Below are positions 9,494-20,335 of a stretch of DNA of 52,696 nt, one piece after another. Position 1 is the stretch's first letter. Each line of letters begins with the position of its first letter. The notes below the pieces were generated by a model. The model did no database searches, had not been told where the DNA came from, and saw nothing but the letters and a program-made list of their open reading frames with translations. Location of the stretch: positions 1 to 52,696 of the forward strand of contig SLOJ01000025.1 of assembly GCA_007132585.1 (NCBI GenBank), read 5' to 3'. The stretch is from Bacteroidales bacterium (GTDB lineage: Bacteria; Bacteroidota; Bacteroidia; Bacteroidales; UBA7960). A program made the position numbers and the translations under genes.

Positions 9494-10285
9494 TTAAAAA
9501 AGAAAGCTCTCGCCCCTGGTATTGAATAATCTTATATTCATGTGGCTTATATCGTATATATCAAGATATTCCTGAAATACATCGGCCAGTATTTCCATAT
9601 CTTTTTCAAAGTATATTGTAAACCCTTCTATTTCATTGTCTCCACCGGAGAAGAAAAATACTGACTGGTCCTCATCAACAAGAAAATAATGATAATCTCC
9701 TTCGTCAAGTGGCAACAATTCTGCTCCGTAATCTTCAAAAATGATCATTAACTCATCAGGAAGTACTATTTTTTTATCAATGGAATCAGATACGAGATAC
9801 CCCCATACGGTATGATCAGGGATACGCATAAGTTTTTCACGAACAAACGTAAGTCGATCATCAAAGAAGGATCCTTCAACCATATCAATAGACTCATCAT
9901 TCACAGTCAGGTTGAAATCGTGCCTGAGATCATTCACCCAAAACGAGAATGAACCCACGTTTTGATCTGTATCTCCAAGGATTAAATTTCTTGTTGCAGG
10001 CCCAATAGATGTAATGCAATATGAAGGGATATCAATGTTACTTGCGTGGATTTCAACGTAATTGCGCAGTGTTGTTACCTGGGTACTGATTTGGAAATTG
10101 TTACAGGGAAACTCTTCAAGAGTTTCGAGGTAGAACACAAGTTCCCGCCCCTGACTTGAAAAATTTTCAAAATGCATTAAATGAATATGGGTAAAAGGGA
10201 AATCCGTATCATCATCACGAGAACATGATAACAATAAAGAGATCCCTAAGAAGGTCAAAAAGATACTTAGTAATTTTCTTTTCAT
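9494..10285 (-). CDS. hypothetical lipoprotein
   Basis: The start was moved to the internal Met, giving MKRKLLSIFLTFLGISLLLSCS (signal peptide plus lipobox Cys). I recognise no domain. Confidence 0.6.
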   Translation of the reverse strand: MKRKLLSIFLTFLGISLLLSCSRDDDTDFPFTHIHLMHFENFSSQGRELVFYLETLEEFPCNNFQISTQVTTLRNYVEIHASNIDIPSYCITSIGPATRNLILGDTDQNVGSFSFWVNDLRHDFNLTVNDESIDMVEGSFFDDRLTFVREKLMRIPDHTVWGYLVSDSIDKKIVLPDELMIIFEDYGAELLPLDEGDYHYFLVDEDQSVFFFSGGDNEIEGFTIYFEKDMEILADVFQEYLDIYDISHMNIRLFNTRGESFLF

Positions 10286-10931
10286 TAAACTTTTCTTAAC
10301 CTCAATACCAAAAAAAAGACAGGCTAAATTTGGCTGTGCAGGGATGACCAAATGTAAGCCTGCCGACTGCAAAATAAGTTTGACAGGGAAAACACATGAA
10401 ATAATTGATCCAGGGCAATGGCCGCAGGTTAGCTGAATTTGGTCAATGTTGTTTTAAACTTTTCATACTTTGGTGATTTAACACAGAAAAGCTCGCGGCC
10501 ATTTTCTCAAACCCTGAGATCAAATAATGACAATATGTGAAAAATAAGGAGAAACAAACTCACATAATCATAAGTGAAAAACAATGCTTTGGTGGAGGCA
10601 TAGACGAATTTTGCTTTTCCCTGATTTCTCTTATTTCAACAAATAAAGAACAATGAACAACTTAAATTATATATAAAGTTTTTTATATTTCAGAAAAAAA
10701 ACCGGGAGTACCTTCCAATGGACAAGCTATGATTATTGGGGAGTCTTGGTTCAATTAAAAAGTCTGATAATTAAGGCAGAAAGGCAATAACCCCGGTTTT
10801 TTAAAAGAGCGTTATGATTATAAGACGATATTAAAAGGTAAAACGCTGCGCGGGTTTTGATCTTTTTAAAAAAAAAGTTGACATAACATGTGCAACATGC
10901 ACAGTTATAGGAGAAAGTTAAAAGGCAGGAG

Positions 10932-13169
10932 TTAATTCTTTTTTGTAGCTTTCATTTTCAAGTACTCGAGCATGAGATCAATATCAAAGGAAGGAATTCC
11001 TTTACGAATCAAGTGTTTTCTATCCTCCAGGAAAGAATTCTCAAAAGAACTGATGTTTTTAGCTTGTTGCAAGCTCATTGTATAGTATTCAAGGGCCATT
11101 TCATCGTCATTCATGCACCAGCATACATGCCCCAGGTTTAAAAGATCATGAGTATTGCCGGGATCAGCCTGAAGGAGTCTTTCAAGGTAATCTCTTGCTG
11201 TATCGAGTTTATCGATCAGAAAAGAACACCATGCAAGGGGTCTTCTTATTTTCTCATTCTCGGGGGCCAGCACCTCAACCTTAAAATAATACTCCAATGC
11301 TTCTTCATATTCTTCAAGATGAATAAGGCACTGTCCAATATTTGCCTGGATTTTCAGGTCTTCCGGAGCTTGTTTTTCTGCTTCGCGGTAATACATAAGG
11401 GCATCTTCCCAGTTATTGAGATATTTGGAGCACAAAGCTAATTTTTTTATGATCCACAGTCGCCCCGATTCAATAATATCAGCCCTTTTATAATAGTCGA
11501 GAGCTTTTTCAAAATCTCCTGTGTTTTCATAGCAGAAAGCTATTTTTTCAAACAACTCAATATTACTCCTGTCGCGTTCAATTAAGCTAAGGAAAATTTT
11601 CAATGCATAAGGATAGAATTTCTTGTCGAAGTAAAACTCGGCAATATTTCTTATGGTATGAGAATCTTTCAATAGGTTCCCGAAGAATGGATTTTCAAAA
11701 ACATCAGGTTCCATATCAAATACATCATCAAACTCTTTCCTCCATGGATGAAGTTTGTAAAACCTGTAAAGATCCTGAAAATACTGGGTGTAGATACTCT
11801 TAATCTTAGCAAATTCATTTATAAGCTCATCCCCCTTTTCAATTTCCGAAACACTGTCCATTTCGGCACTGGCCATATTCATCATCATATTCTTTTGTTG
11901 CTCAGGAATCATTCCCAGGTTTATGCAAAAAGAATATTTATCACTATTGCACATAAAATGGGTTTGTTCAAGTTTCTTTACCAACGGTGTAAGATCAACA
12001 CCGTCGCCCGAACCTTTAAGATAAGGCTGTATAGATTGATTATCATGGTAAAAAGGTACAAACCAGTTACTTATTTTATTAAAGAACGGAAAATTTTTTA
12101 GTTGTGAAAAAGCACTCATAAATACATCCATTCCTTCCATTTGCATTTCGGTAAACTCCTGCAGTTTATCAAGCAAATCAGGTGCATCTTCAAAAACCGT
12201 TTCCCAATCGGGGTTTTTGTCTTCACCAAACTCATCCTTAAAAATATTTTCAAGGTCCAGTTTGTCTTCGATCTTTGGTCGTAGCTTCATCATTTGCGGA
12301 AGAATATCTTCCTTCCATTTTCGACTTACACTTTCGGTTTCCCTGGTTTTGGTAAACTGTATCAGAATGGCTTCGATGTTTTTTTCAATATTCGGGAATT
12401 CAAGCAATTCAAGCGTTTGTTCTTTAAGCATGGGGTACAGATAAAACCGATCATTATACTTCAGGAACCCGAAAAACAATCCGATAAGTGCTCTTTGCCA
12501 TACGAACTCTTCCCTTGTCTTTACAAATGCGAACAAGAGGTTGAATTTATTCAAATCAAAAAACCTGAGTAAGCTCAATGTAAGAGCACTTACGATAAGG
12601 CTTTTATCATGCCAGGGTAATTTTTCAGATTCACAGGCTGCATTCAGCAATTCCATTTCCGATTCACTGTATTTGTCGGATAGCCAAATGATATTAAAAA
12701 CTTTTACCAGCGCTTCTTCTCTTGACAGCATTGCGCCTTCCTTGTCAATATTTACACCTTCCAGAATTTTAGCCAGTTCAATGTCGTATGTAAGGCTTTC
12801 GAGATAGGCCAGGGCTTCCTTTCGCTCAATCCGCCGGCTGCGTTCCAGTTGTCTTTTGAGTGGAAACACATTCCCGGTGTCTTTTTCAGTCAAAATGCTT
12901 TCCTGCAGTTCATCGCCCATTTCCAGAAGATTTCTGACCAGAAAGAAATATACCTTCTCCCTTTCAGGATCTTTAGCGGCACTAAATGAGTGAATCAGAA
13001 TATTTTCATAGGTAGTTGAGTGCCGATCTAACTGATCAGTAAAATACTCTTTACCGGATTCAGCAATTAATAGTTTTAATCTTTTTATGGCACTTAAAAC
13101 TTTTCTTTCGTGCAGGTCAGCTGAAATATGTCGATATGTTTTTTTTACTGCAGCAGTATCCATAATCAA
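10932..13169 (-). CDS. tetratricopeptide-repeat protein (unknown N-terminal ~500 aa + C-terminal TPR array)
   Basis: 745-aa ORF. The C-terminal third carries repeated A..YY..A motifs (ALDYYKRA, ALMYYREA, ALEYYFKV, ALEYYTMS). Confidence 0.75.
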   Translation of the reverse strand: MIMDTAAVKKTYRHISADLHERKVLSAIKRLKLLIAESGKEYFTDQLDRHSTTYENILIHSFSAAKDPEREKVYFFLVRNLLEMGDELQESILTEKDTGNVFPLKRQLERSRRIERKEALAYLESLTYDIELAKILEGVNIDKEGAMLSREEALVKVFNIIWLSDKYSESEMELLNAACESEKLPWHDKSLIVSALTLSLLRFFDLNKFNLLFAFVKTREEFVWQRALIGLFFGFLKYNDRFYLYPMLKEQTLELLEFPNIEKNIEAILIQFTKTRETESVSRKWKEDILPQMMKLRPKIEDKLDLENIFKDEFGEDKNPDWETVFEDAPDLLDKLQEFTEMQMEGMDVFMSAFSQLKNFPFFNKISNWFVPFYHDNQSIQPYLKGSGDGVDLTPLVKKLEQTHFMCNSDKYSFCINLGMIPEQQKNMMMNMASAEMDSVSEIEKGDELINEFAKIKSIYTQYFQDLYRFYKLHPWRKEFDDVFDMEPDVFENPFFGNLLKDSHTIRNIAEFYFDKKFYPYALKIFLSLIERDRSNIELFEKIAFCYENTGDFEKALDYYKRADIIESGRLWIIKKLALCSKYLNNWEDALMYYREAEKQAPEDLKIQANIGQCLIHLEEYEEALEYYFKVEVLAPENEKIRRPLAWCSFLIDKLDTARDYLERLLQADPGNTHDLLNLGHVCWCMNDDEMALEYYTMSLQQAKNISSFENSFLEDRKHLIRKGIPSFDIDLMLEYLKMKATKKN

Positions 13170-13229
13170 TAAAATAATTTAATGATGTTTAAGAAACCCA
13201 AGCTACCGGCATGAAAAAACCAGAATCAA

Positions 13230-14093
13230 CTAAAGGATAATTCTTTCTGCCAGGTAAGGATCAGAAAGAGAGAATTTTATCATTGCCAACCCTGGCCCTT
13301 CAAACGCAGCCGACATAGTAATTGTTTGATCCAGTTTCTCTTTCCATACACCTGTAAGCCTTGAAGATTCATGTATATGTCCGTGAAGAGTGAGGTAAGG
13401 TTTTCTTTCTTCGATAAATTCCCTTATAGCAGCACTACCGACGTGGACATCCACATCGTTTTCTTCTATTTTTATTCCGTCAAGTGCTGCTCTGTCGAGC
13501 CCGGTTCGGTAAGGGGGCGAATGAAACATGAAAATTGTACGTTCCATGGGTAGATTATCGGGAATACTATTCAAGTCATTCCTGATTGTGGATTTTTCGA
13601 TCACCTTGCCATTATCAAAGGTGCGAAATCCTTCGGTGGGAGGAATACAGCCCGGTTGTACTGTTTCCATCACATCATATTTTTCCCAGTCCTTTAGCAA
13701 AAAGGGTGTGGGAGGAACATAAGCATATCCCATCACATGATAATCACCAATGCTGACAGCTTTATTATGAACATAATTCCATAATCCCTTTTTCTCATGT
13801 TCAATTATAGCAGCCTCTTCAATGCGTGGATCATCATTGCCAAAGATCAAAAAAACCTTAGGATATGAGTTTTTCATTTTTTCTTTGAGGTTCTGGAATT
13901 TGGTGGCAAGATAATCGGTTACAAAATCAGGCATGTTTTCGCCCGCTCTGAAGCTATGCAATATGCTTGAAGGTAGAAGATCGCCACCAAGAAAAACCGC
14001 TAAAGGTTTTTCCTGCTCCAGGAATCTGAAAAACCTTTCATACCTGTTTACTTTTCCATGCAGGTCAGATACAAACAAACAATAATCTGTCAT
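13230..14093 (-). CDS. calcineurin-like metallophosphoesterase
   Basis: The motifs occur in order: VSDLHG, GGDLL, FGNDD, FHSPP, GHIHES. Confidence 0.8.
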   Translation of the reverse strand: MTDYCLFVSDLHGKVNRYERFFRFLEQEKPLAVFLGGDLLPSSILHSFRAGENMPDFVTDYLATKFQNLKEKMKNSYPKVFLIFGNDDPRIEEAAIIEHEKKGLWNYVHNKAVSIGDYHVMGYAYVPPTPFLLKDWEKYDVMETVQPGCIPPTEGFRTFDNGKVIEKSTIRNDLNSIPDNLPMERTIFMFHSPPYRTGLDRAALDGIKIEENDVDVHVGSAAIREFIEERKPYLTLHGHIHESSRLTGVWKEKLDQTITMSAAFEGPGLAMIKFSLSDPYLAERIIL

Positions 14094-14371
14094 AGTTGCT
14101 CTCCTTTTAATTCCGTTTAAGTGGTGGTTTTTTCATACCAGATTTTCGGTTTCCCACCAGGTAAAAATACAAAGGAATTATTGTAAGTGAAAAATAAATA
14201 ATGATATTTCAAATAAAAAACAAAGAGGTTGCTGTAAAACCCTTTAATAAAACTGGTTATGAGTCTGTTAGAATAAAAACAACTTAAGATATAAATGTCG
14301 TTTCTACTGACTCAACGATCAAAAAAGGCCTTTCTCAACAACCTCAATGTTATGTAAGATCAATGTTTTAT

Positions 14372-16030
14372 TTAATTATTATCCTTTTCAAGATAATAAG
14401 TATTTTGCGAAACTTCCTGTGTTTGAGTTTCAATCACCTCAATGTTTTCACCGGTCTGCTGGCTTGCTTCATAATAGATCGGTCCTTCGATACCCAATGG
14501 GAGTCCAAGCCATATCCAAATAACAAACATTGGAATCCTTGCAATCATAAAAGCAATAGCATAGGGTAACATCATGGAGATAAGTGTGCCTATTCCGGCA
14601 GTTTTATCATATTTTTGCGCAAATACAATTACAAGGGGGAAATAAGGAAGCAAAGGTGTAAGGATGTTTGAATAAGAGTCACCGATACGGTATGCTGCCT
14701 GAGTTACTTCAGGTGAATACCCCATAAGCATAAGCATAGGAACAAAAATAGGAGCAAGCAGAGCCCACTTGGCTGATGCACTGCCCATGATCAGGTTCAC
14801 CAGGGAAGCAATAAGAATAAAAGCTATAAGAAGTGGTATTCCGGTAAATCCTATTGCATTGAGCCCGTCAGAGCCTTTTACTGCCAATACGCTACCCAGG
14901 TTTGACCAGTTAAAATAGGCAACAAACTGCGCAGCAACAAATGCAATTACGATATAAAGTCCCATGGTTGACATGGATTTGGCAGTCATGTCAGAAACAT
15001 CCTTATCATTTTTGATGGTTTTTGAAACAATTCCATATACCAAACCAGCCACAAAGAAGATAATAAACATGATGGGGACCAGCGAGTTATAAAAAGGCTG
15101 CATGCTTGGGTTGCCGGTTGCAGGATTGATATCCCCTCTTAAAAGCCCGTCGGAAGGAATAATTGCTATTGCAACCAAAACAAGCACTACTAAAACAGAG
15201 AACATAGACCATTTTAATGCTTTACGCTCAAGAGGCGTAACTTCATTATTCATATCCTCTGTAATCATTTCACCTTCAGGGCGATATTCTCCAAGCCGAG
15301 GCACAAGAATCTTTTCAGTAACCCAGGTACCTGCAACCCCTACCAAGGGTACTGAGGCAGCCATCAGAAGCCAGTTTGACAAGGGGTTAACTGTATATGC
15401 GGGATCAATGAGATTTGCCGCGGGTTCGGTAAAGGCGGCGATCATGGGGTCAAGTCCTGTAGGAAGGATGTTGGCACCAAAGCCACCTGAAACACCGGCA
15501 AATGCCGCTGCTATACCTGCAAGCGGGTGACGCCCCATCCCCATAAAAATTGCGGCCCCCATGGGTATAAGAACCACATAACCGGCATCTGCAGCAACAG
15601 AGCTAAGCATACCTGCAACAACAATGGAAAATGTTATGAGTACTTTTGGTACCTTAGATACAAACGTTTTCAAAGCAACTGCAATCATTCCTGTATGTTC
15701 GGCAACACCTATACCCAACATTACCACCAGAACAAGCCCCAATGGAGGGAAAGTGGCGAATACATTTACCATACTGGTAAAAATTCTTTGAATACCCTCT
15801 TTGGTAAGCAGGTTTTCTACCACGATAAAATCTTCAGGCACACCTGTTACGCCCCCGGTACCGGGTTTTAAAACGCTTACTCCTCCAAAAATCCATGAAA
15901 GAAGCAATACTACCCCCATTAGGATTGCAAACAAGGTTACCGGCTGCGGGAGCTTGTTTCCGACTACCTCAACTTTATCAAGTATTTTTTGAAAAGTCCC
16001 TTTCTTTTTTAATTTGTCAGTTTCACTCAT
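14372..16030 (-). CDS. AbgT family transporter (p-aminobenzoyl-glutamate / dipeptide-type)
   Basis: 552-aa polytopic membrane protein. The N-terminus (ILDKVEVVGNKLPQPVTLFAIL) and overall hydrophobic pattern match AbgT/MtrF family members. Confidence 0.85.
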   Translation of the reverse strand: MSETDKLKKKGTFQKILDKVEVVGNKLPQPVTLFAILMGVVLLLSWIFGGVSVLKPGTGGVTGVPEDFIVVENLLTKEGIQRIFTSMVNVFATFPPLGLVLVVMLGIGVAEHTGMIAVALKTFVSKVPKVLITFSIVVAGMLSSVAADAGYVVLIPMGAAIFMGMGRHPLAGIAAAFAGVSGGFGANILPTGLDPMIAAFTEPAANLIDPAYTVNPLSNWLLMAASVPLVGVAGTWVTEKILVPRLGEYRPEGEMITEDMNNEVTPLERKALKWSMFSVLVVLVLVAIAIIPSDGLLRGDINPATGNPSMQPFYNSLVPIMFIIFFVAGLVYGIVSKTIKNDKDVSDMTAKSMSTMGLYIVIAFVAAQFVAYFNWSNLGSVLAVKGSDGLNAIGFTGIPLLIAFILIASLVNLIMGSASAKWALLAPIFVPMLMLMGYSPEVTQAAYRIGDSYSNILTPLLPYFPLVIVFAQKYDKTAGIGTLISMMLPYAIAFMIARIPMFVIWIWLGLPLGIEGPIYYEASQQTGENIEVIETQTQEVSQNTYYLEKDNN

Positions 16031-16077
16031 AGTATTGTTTTATTGATATTCAATTGATTGGTTTTAACTTGAAGGCT

Positions 16078-16108
16078 CAAAAATAAATCTTTAGACCTTA
16101 CCCGCAAA
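16078..16108 (-). promoter_or_regulatory. Bacteroidota sigma-A type promoter candidate for the AbgT gene
   Basis: The minus strand reads TTTG-cgggtaaggtctaaagatt-TATTTTTG. That is the -33 TTTG, a 19-nt spacer and the -7 TAnnTTTG box, ~48 nt upstream of the ATG. Confidence 0.4.
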
Positions 16109-16255
16109 AATTATTTTATATTTTATTATTTTTCCATGCATTAAGAAGCCACAAAACTGTACCTTATAAATGATGTTTGCAATATGCAAAACAAATAATA
16201 CTCGGGCAATACAACATATACAAGTTAAAGTATTTAAATATGAATTTATATCATA

Positions 16256-18346
16256 TCAGCGCACAATTGTAATTACCCCCTGTGTTTGTTTTCTTTCTCC
16301 CTGTTTAACATAGGTAAGGATATAATAGTAAGTGCCATCGGGCTGATTTCCCCCATCCCACCAGTTACCATAATAGTCGTTACTTTCAAAAACTTTTTTG
16401 CCGCTGCGGTTATAGATTACAATATTGCTTCCCGGGTAGAATTCAAGATTGGTTATTTCAAAATTGTCATTAATTCCATCACCATTGGGTGTAAAAACAT
16501 TGGGGATTTCCAGGTCGCAATTCTGGGTTGTGAGGGTCAAATCAAAAAAGTCGGAACAACCGTTAATAGTATCGGTTACCCGCACCATATAGGTAGCAGG
16601 CTCTTTTGCCATAATTGTGTCATATATCCTGCCTTCAAGCTCTGCTCCTTCAAGCATCCATTGATATATCCAGTTAAAATCATCTCCGGAGTTAACAGGT
16701 TCAACTGTAAACAAAGTGGAGTCTCCTTCGCATACAGGTATTTCAAGTTCTGACACAATTTCAGCCCTGGGCAGCGGTAAAACTGTAACATTGATAATAG
16801 TATCCCATTCACATCCAAAATCATCTCTGGCTCTGAAAGTATATGCATAATCTCCCTCTACATCTTCACTTACAGATACGGGATTCCCTTCAAGTGGTGT
16901 ATCATTCATATCAAACCATTGCTCTTCAACAATTTCGGGGGTAAAAATAAGACTGTCGGGATAAAATTTATCATCAAAAAACAGGCTCCAGCCCAACACG
17001 TGACCCGATGTACCTGTAATGATATCTGATACCGTAAGCGTCCATTCTCCATTCAGTGGGCAACCCACGAATGCATCAAAAGACTGATCGGGGGTATAAT
17101 TACCAGGCGGCATATAGGGTTGATTTACATAATAATTGCCGGCCTGATCAAGATATTCATGAAACTGAAAAGATGTTTCATCCATGGTACCGTATTGCGG
17201 TGTAGTATTAAAACAGTATTCATAGCCAATACCCGGAATATTATCATGGGGTACAACAGGTTCTCCCAAATGCGCACCTCCGGGACCGATATCTTTCAAT
17301 AACACCATTTGCTCATTGGGGCATTCCAGTTCAAACATGAGGTGTCCAAAATCAACATGCTCAATGTTGATACACACCCTGCCAAAATCCTCCAACTGAT
17401 TCAATTGGGCACCGTCTTCAAAGACTTCAAAACTGAGAGTTGATGTGAATTCAACGGTATCATTTATAAAAACTACAGTATCAATTTTGGTTGGGAAACC
17501 TGTCCAGGTAACGGGGTTTATGCTTCCTATGATTGAAAAAGGCTCTTCTGCACAAACCGTATCAGTTGTTGCTATGGTATTGTTAAAATTGGGTATGGTA
17601 GCAATCCTGATTGTTTCTATTGTATCGGTTAAACAATTATTTACCGGGTCCGTAACGGTGAGTCTGAAAGGGTAAGCACCCGGCCCGTTATATGTATTGT
17701 CAACAGTTGGTCCTTCTTTTATGTCCCCATCAAAATACCATTCAAACAGGAACTGATCTCCACCACCGGCAGGATCACCTCCGTAATACCCGGCAGAACC
17801 GAAAAAAGTAACGGTTTCAACATCAGGGCAAAAGTCAAAACTACCACTGTCTGTATCCACATCTGCATAAAAGGCATCGCATAGAGAGAAACATTCAACA
17901 TTCGCTAACCAACCCAAACCCACATTATCGGGTGAAGATTCAAAACGGAAATGAAGAGATGACCCACCTGCAAAAATCTGTTCGCCGGCAAGTTCATTTC
18001 CACCAGCATGAATTATCAAGGGTGCTGTTTCATCTTCACCATCATATACATATAGGTAATCACCTTCACCCAATTGAAAGAAAATAAAACTCATCTTCAT
18101 ATAAATATTCTCATCTGAGTCAGATGTGAAAGTCACAGAGAAATTTTCATTATTACCGTAGGGTGTAAGGGTATCACCACCGCTATCAGCAAAAAATCCT
18201 GAGCACGTTTCAATAACTTGTCCGTCATGGAAATTTATCGGGAAGGTAATGTCCTGTGCATAGCCGGTTTTGAAAAAAGCTACTGCACAAAAAAACAGGA
18301 GAAGCGTTGATCCTCGTATCATAAAAATAGGTAAGTAGGTTTTCAA
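16256..18346 (-). CDS. secreted multidomain protein with proprotein-convertase P-like domain and T9SS type-B (CHU_C / gliding-associated) C-terminal sorting domain
   Basis: A signal peptide ends ...KTGYAQ. The C-terminus is NVFTPNGDGINDNFEI...IYNRSGKKVF...WDG...PDGTYYYIL...GVITIVR, the classic type-B CTD. The middle contains GHLMFELECPN...GEWTLTVSDIITGTSGHVLGWSLFF, which is P-domain-like. Confidence 0.8.
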   Translation of the reverse strand: MKTYLPIFMIRGSTLLLFFCAVAFFKTGYAQDITFPINFHDGQVIETCSGFFADSGGDTLTPYGNNENFSVTFTSDSDENIYMKMSFIFFQLGEGDYLYVYDGEDETAPLIIHAGGNELAGEQIFAGGSSLHFRFESSPDNVGLGWLANVECFSLCDAFYADVDTDSGSFDFCPDVETVTFFGSAGYYGGDPAGGGDQFLFEWYFDGDIKEGPTVDNTYNGPGAYPFRLTVTDPVNNCLTDTIETIRIATIPNFNNTIATTDTVCAEEPFSIIGSINPVTWTGFPTKIDTVVFINDTVEFTSTLSFEVFEDGAQLNQLEDFGRVCINIEHVDFGHLMFELECPNEQMVLLKDIGPGGAHLGEPVVPHDNIPGIGYEYCFNTTPQYGTMDETSFQFHEYLDQAGNYYVNQPYMPPGNYTPDQSFDAFVGCPLNGEWTLTVSDIITGTSGHVLGWSLFFDDKFYPDSLIFTPEIVEEQWFDMNDTPLEGNPVSVSEDVEGDYAYTFRARDDFGCEWDTIINVTVLPLPRAEIVSELEIPVCEGDSTLFTVEPVNSGDDFNWIYQWMLEGAELEGRIYDTIMAKEPATYMVRVTDTINGCSDFFDLTLTTQNCDLEIPNVFTPNGDGINDNFEITNLEFYPGSNIVIYNRSGKKVFESNDYYGNWWDGGNQPDGTYYYILTYVKQGERKQTQGVITIVR

Positions 18347-18536
18347 ATATTCATGTAAAATGAAATACGTGTAATTTGTCGGTTTATTTTACAGAGGTTT
18401 AAATAAGGTACAAATATAAGTCAATTTTGTGTTGCGAACCCGGCATGAAGTTTTCGATAAAAACTTGTTTAAATTTTGCTCTGCAAGTGTTTAAAAACAA
18501 TTGGGGGTATTGTTTTTAGTTGTAATTTTGCAGGCT

Positions 18537-20327
18537 ATGAAAAACATTCGCAATTTTTGCATTATTGCACATATCGACCATGGTAAAAGCACCTTGGCCG
18601 ACAGGCTTTTACAAATGACCAACACCATCAGCGTACGTGATTTTCAGGATCAGGCACTTGACAATATGGATCTTGAACGCGAACGCGGAATCACCATAAA
18701 AAGTCATGCTATTCAAATGGAGTACGAACAGGGAGGAGAGCACTATATTCTTAACCTGATTGACACTCCCGGACATGTTGATTTCAGTTACGAAGTTTCA
18801 AGAAGTATTGCTGCCTGCGAAGGGGCCTTGTTAATTATTGATGCAACACAGGGCATCGAGGCCCAAACCATTAGTAATCTTTACCTTGCCCTTGAACATG
18901 ATCTTACAATTATTCCTGTTCTTAACAAGATGGACCTTGACAGCGCAATGCCTGATGATGTTTCTGATCAGATCATTGATCTGATCGGTTGTGATGTAGA
19001 TGATATAATTCCTGCAAGCGGGAAGACCGGTTTTGGTGTTGATAAGATCCTCGAGGCCATTGTAGAGAAAGTTCCACCACCCACGGGTGACCCCAATGCT
19101 CCTCTGCAGGCTTTGATTTTCGATTCTGTTTACAATTCTTTCCGGGGTGTGATTGCCTATTTCCGTGTTTTTAACGGAAAAATTTCACAGGGTGATCTGG
19201 TTAAGTTTATGGCTACTAAGAAAGAATACGATGCCGATGAAGTTGGAGTTTTAAAGATACGCCAGGTACCCCGTAAAACCATTTCAGCCGGTGATGTGGG
19301 TTATATCATATCGGGTATAAAGGATGCACGCGAGGTAAAGGTTGGTGATACAATAACACATATCAAAGGGGGAACTACCGATCCTATACAGGGGTTTGAA
19401 AACGTAAAACCCATGGTATTTGCCGGAATTTACCCGGTTGAAAATGATGACTTTGAAGAATTACGTTCTGCCATGGATAAATTGCAACTTAATGATGCAT
19501 CACTCACTTTTGAACCGGAATCATCTGCTGCTCTGGGGTTTGGGTTCCGCTGTGGTTTTCTTGGGATGCTTCATATGGAGATTGTGCAGGAGCGACTTGA
19601 ACGCGAATTTGAAATGACCGTTATCACCACTGTACCTAACGTTTCTTACTGGGCATATACAAAAAAGGGTGAAAAGATGATTGTAAATAACCCTTCGGAT
19701 ATGCCGGGCCCCAATGTGCTCGAATATATTGAAGAACCTTATATTAAGGCACAGATCATTACCAAATCAGAATACATCGGACCGGTCATGTCATTATGCA
19801 TGGATAACAGGGGACAAATCAAAAACCAGGTTTATCTTTCTACCGACAGAGTGGAATTATCATTTGAGATGCCGCTTTCTGAAATCGTTTTCGATTTTTA
19901 TGACCGGCTGAAAACCATATCAAGAGGGTATGCCTCTTTTGATTATTATCCGATCGGATACCGCGAGTCAGCCCTTGTAAAACTTGATATTCTTCTTAAC
20001 GGCGATCAGGTTGATGCCCTTTCTGCGCTTATACACAGAGATAACTCTTACGAGTTTGGCAAAAAGATCTGTGAAAAACTTCGTAAACTTATCCCCCGTC
20101 AACAGTATGATATAGCCATTCAAGCCGGTATCGGGGCAAAGATCATTGCCCGTGAAACGGTTAAGGCTTTAAGAAAAGACGTTACGGCAAAATGTTATGG
20201 TGGTGATATCACGCGAAAACGAAAACTGCTGGAAAAACAGAAAAAAGGGAAAAAACGAATGCGTCAGATTGGTAATGTTGAAGTACCGCAATCGGCATTT
20301 ATGGCGGTATTGAAGCTTGACGATTAA
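18537..20327 (+). CDS. lepA: elongation factor 4 (LepA)
   Basis: The start was set at ATG 18537 ([25 protein letters not shown]). It has the G-domain motifs DTPGHVDF and NKMD, and a LepA-specific C-terminal region. Confidence 0.95.
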   Translation: MKNIRNFCIIAHIDHGKSTLADRLLQMTNTISVRDFQDQALDNMDLERERGITIKSHAIQMEYEQGGEHYILNLIDTPGHVDFSYEVSRSIAACEGALLIIDATQGIEAQTISNLYLALEHDLTIIPVLNKMDLDSAMPDDVSDQIIDLIGCDVDDIIPASGKTGFGVDKILEAIVEKVPPPTGDPNAPLQALIFDSVYNSFRGVIAYFRVFNGKISQGDLVKFMATKKEYDADEVGVLKIRQVPRKTISAGDVGYIISGIKDAREVKVGDTITHIKGGTTDPIQGFENVKPMVFAGIYPVENDDFEELRSAMDKLQLNDASLTFEPESSAALGFGFRCGFLGMLHMEIVQERLEREFEMTVITTVPNVSYWAYTKKGEKMIVNNPSDMPGPNVLEYIEEPYIKAQIITKSEYIGPVMSLCMDNRGQIKNQVYLSTDRVELSFEMPLSEIVFDFYDRLKTISRGYASFDYYPIGYRESALVKLDILLNGDQVDALSALIHRDNSYEFGKKICEKLRKLIPRQQYDIAIQAGIGAKIIARETVKALRKDVTAKCYGGDITRKRKLLEKQKKGKKRMRQIGNVEVPQSAFMAVLKLDD

Positions 20328-20335
20328 TAACACTA

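Noticed and set aside
15102-15871. 142-aa and 114-aa plus-strand ORFs inside the AbgT transporter gene
   Set aside because: They are antisense to a continuous 552-aa polytopic membrane protein and have no independent support.
18501-18536. N-terminal extensions offered by the ORF track (lepA 18501, plsX 2230, ABC 25006, infB 46876, queD 29271, lipoprotein 10372)
   Set aside because: In each case an internal Met reproduces the canonical family N-terminus or a proper signal peptide. The extensions are hydrophobic or odd sequence. For infB the extension would overlap the nusA stop.
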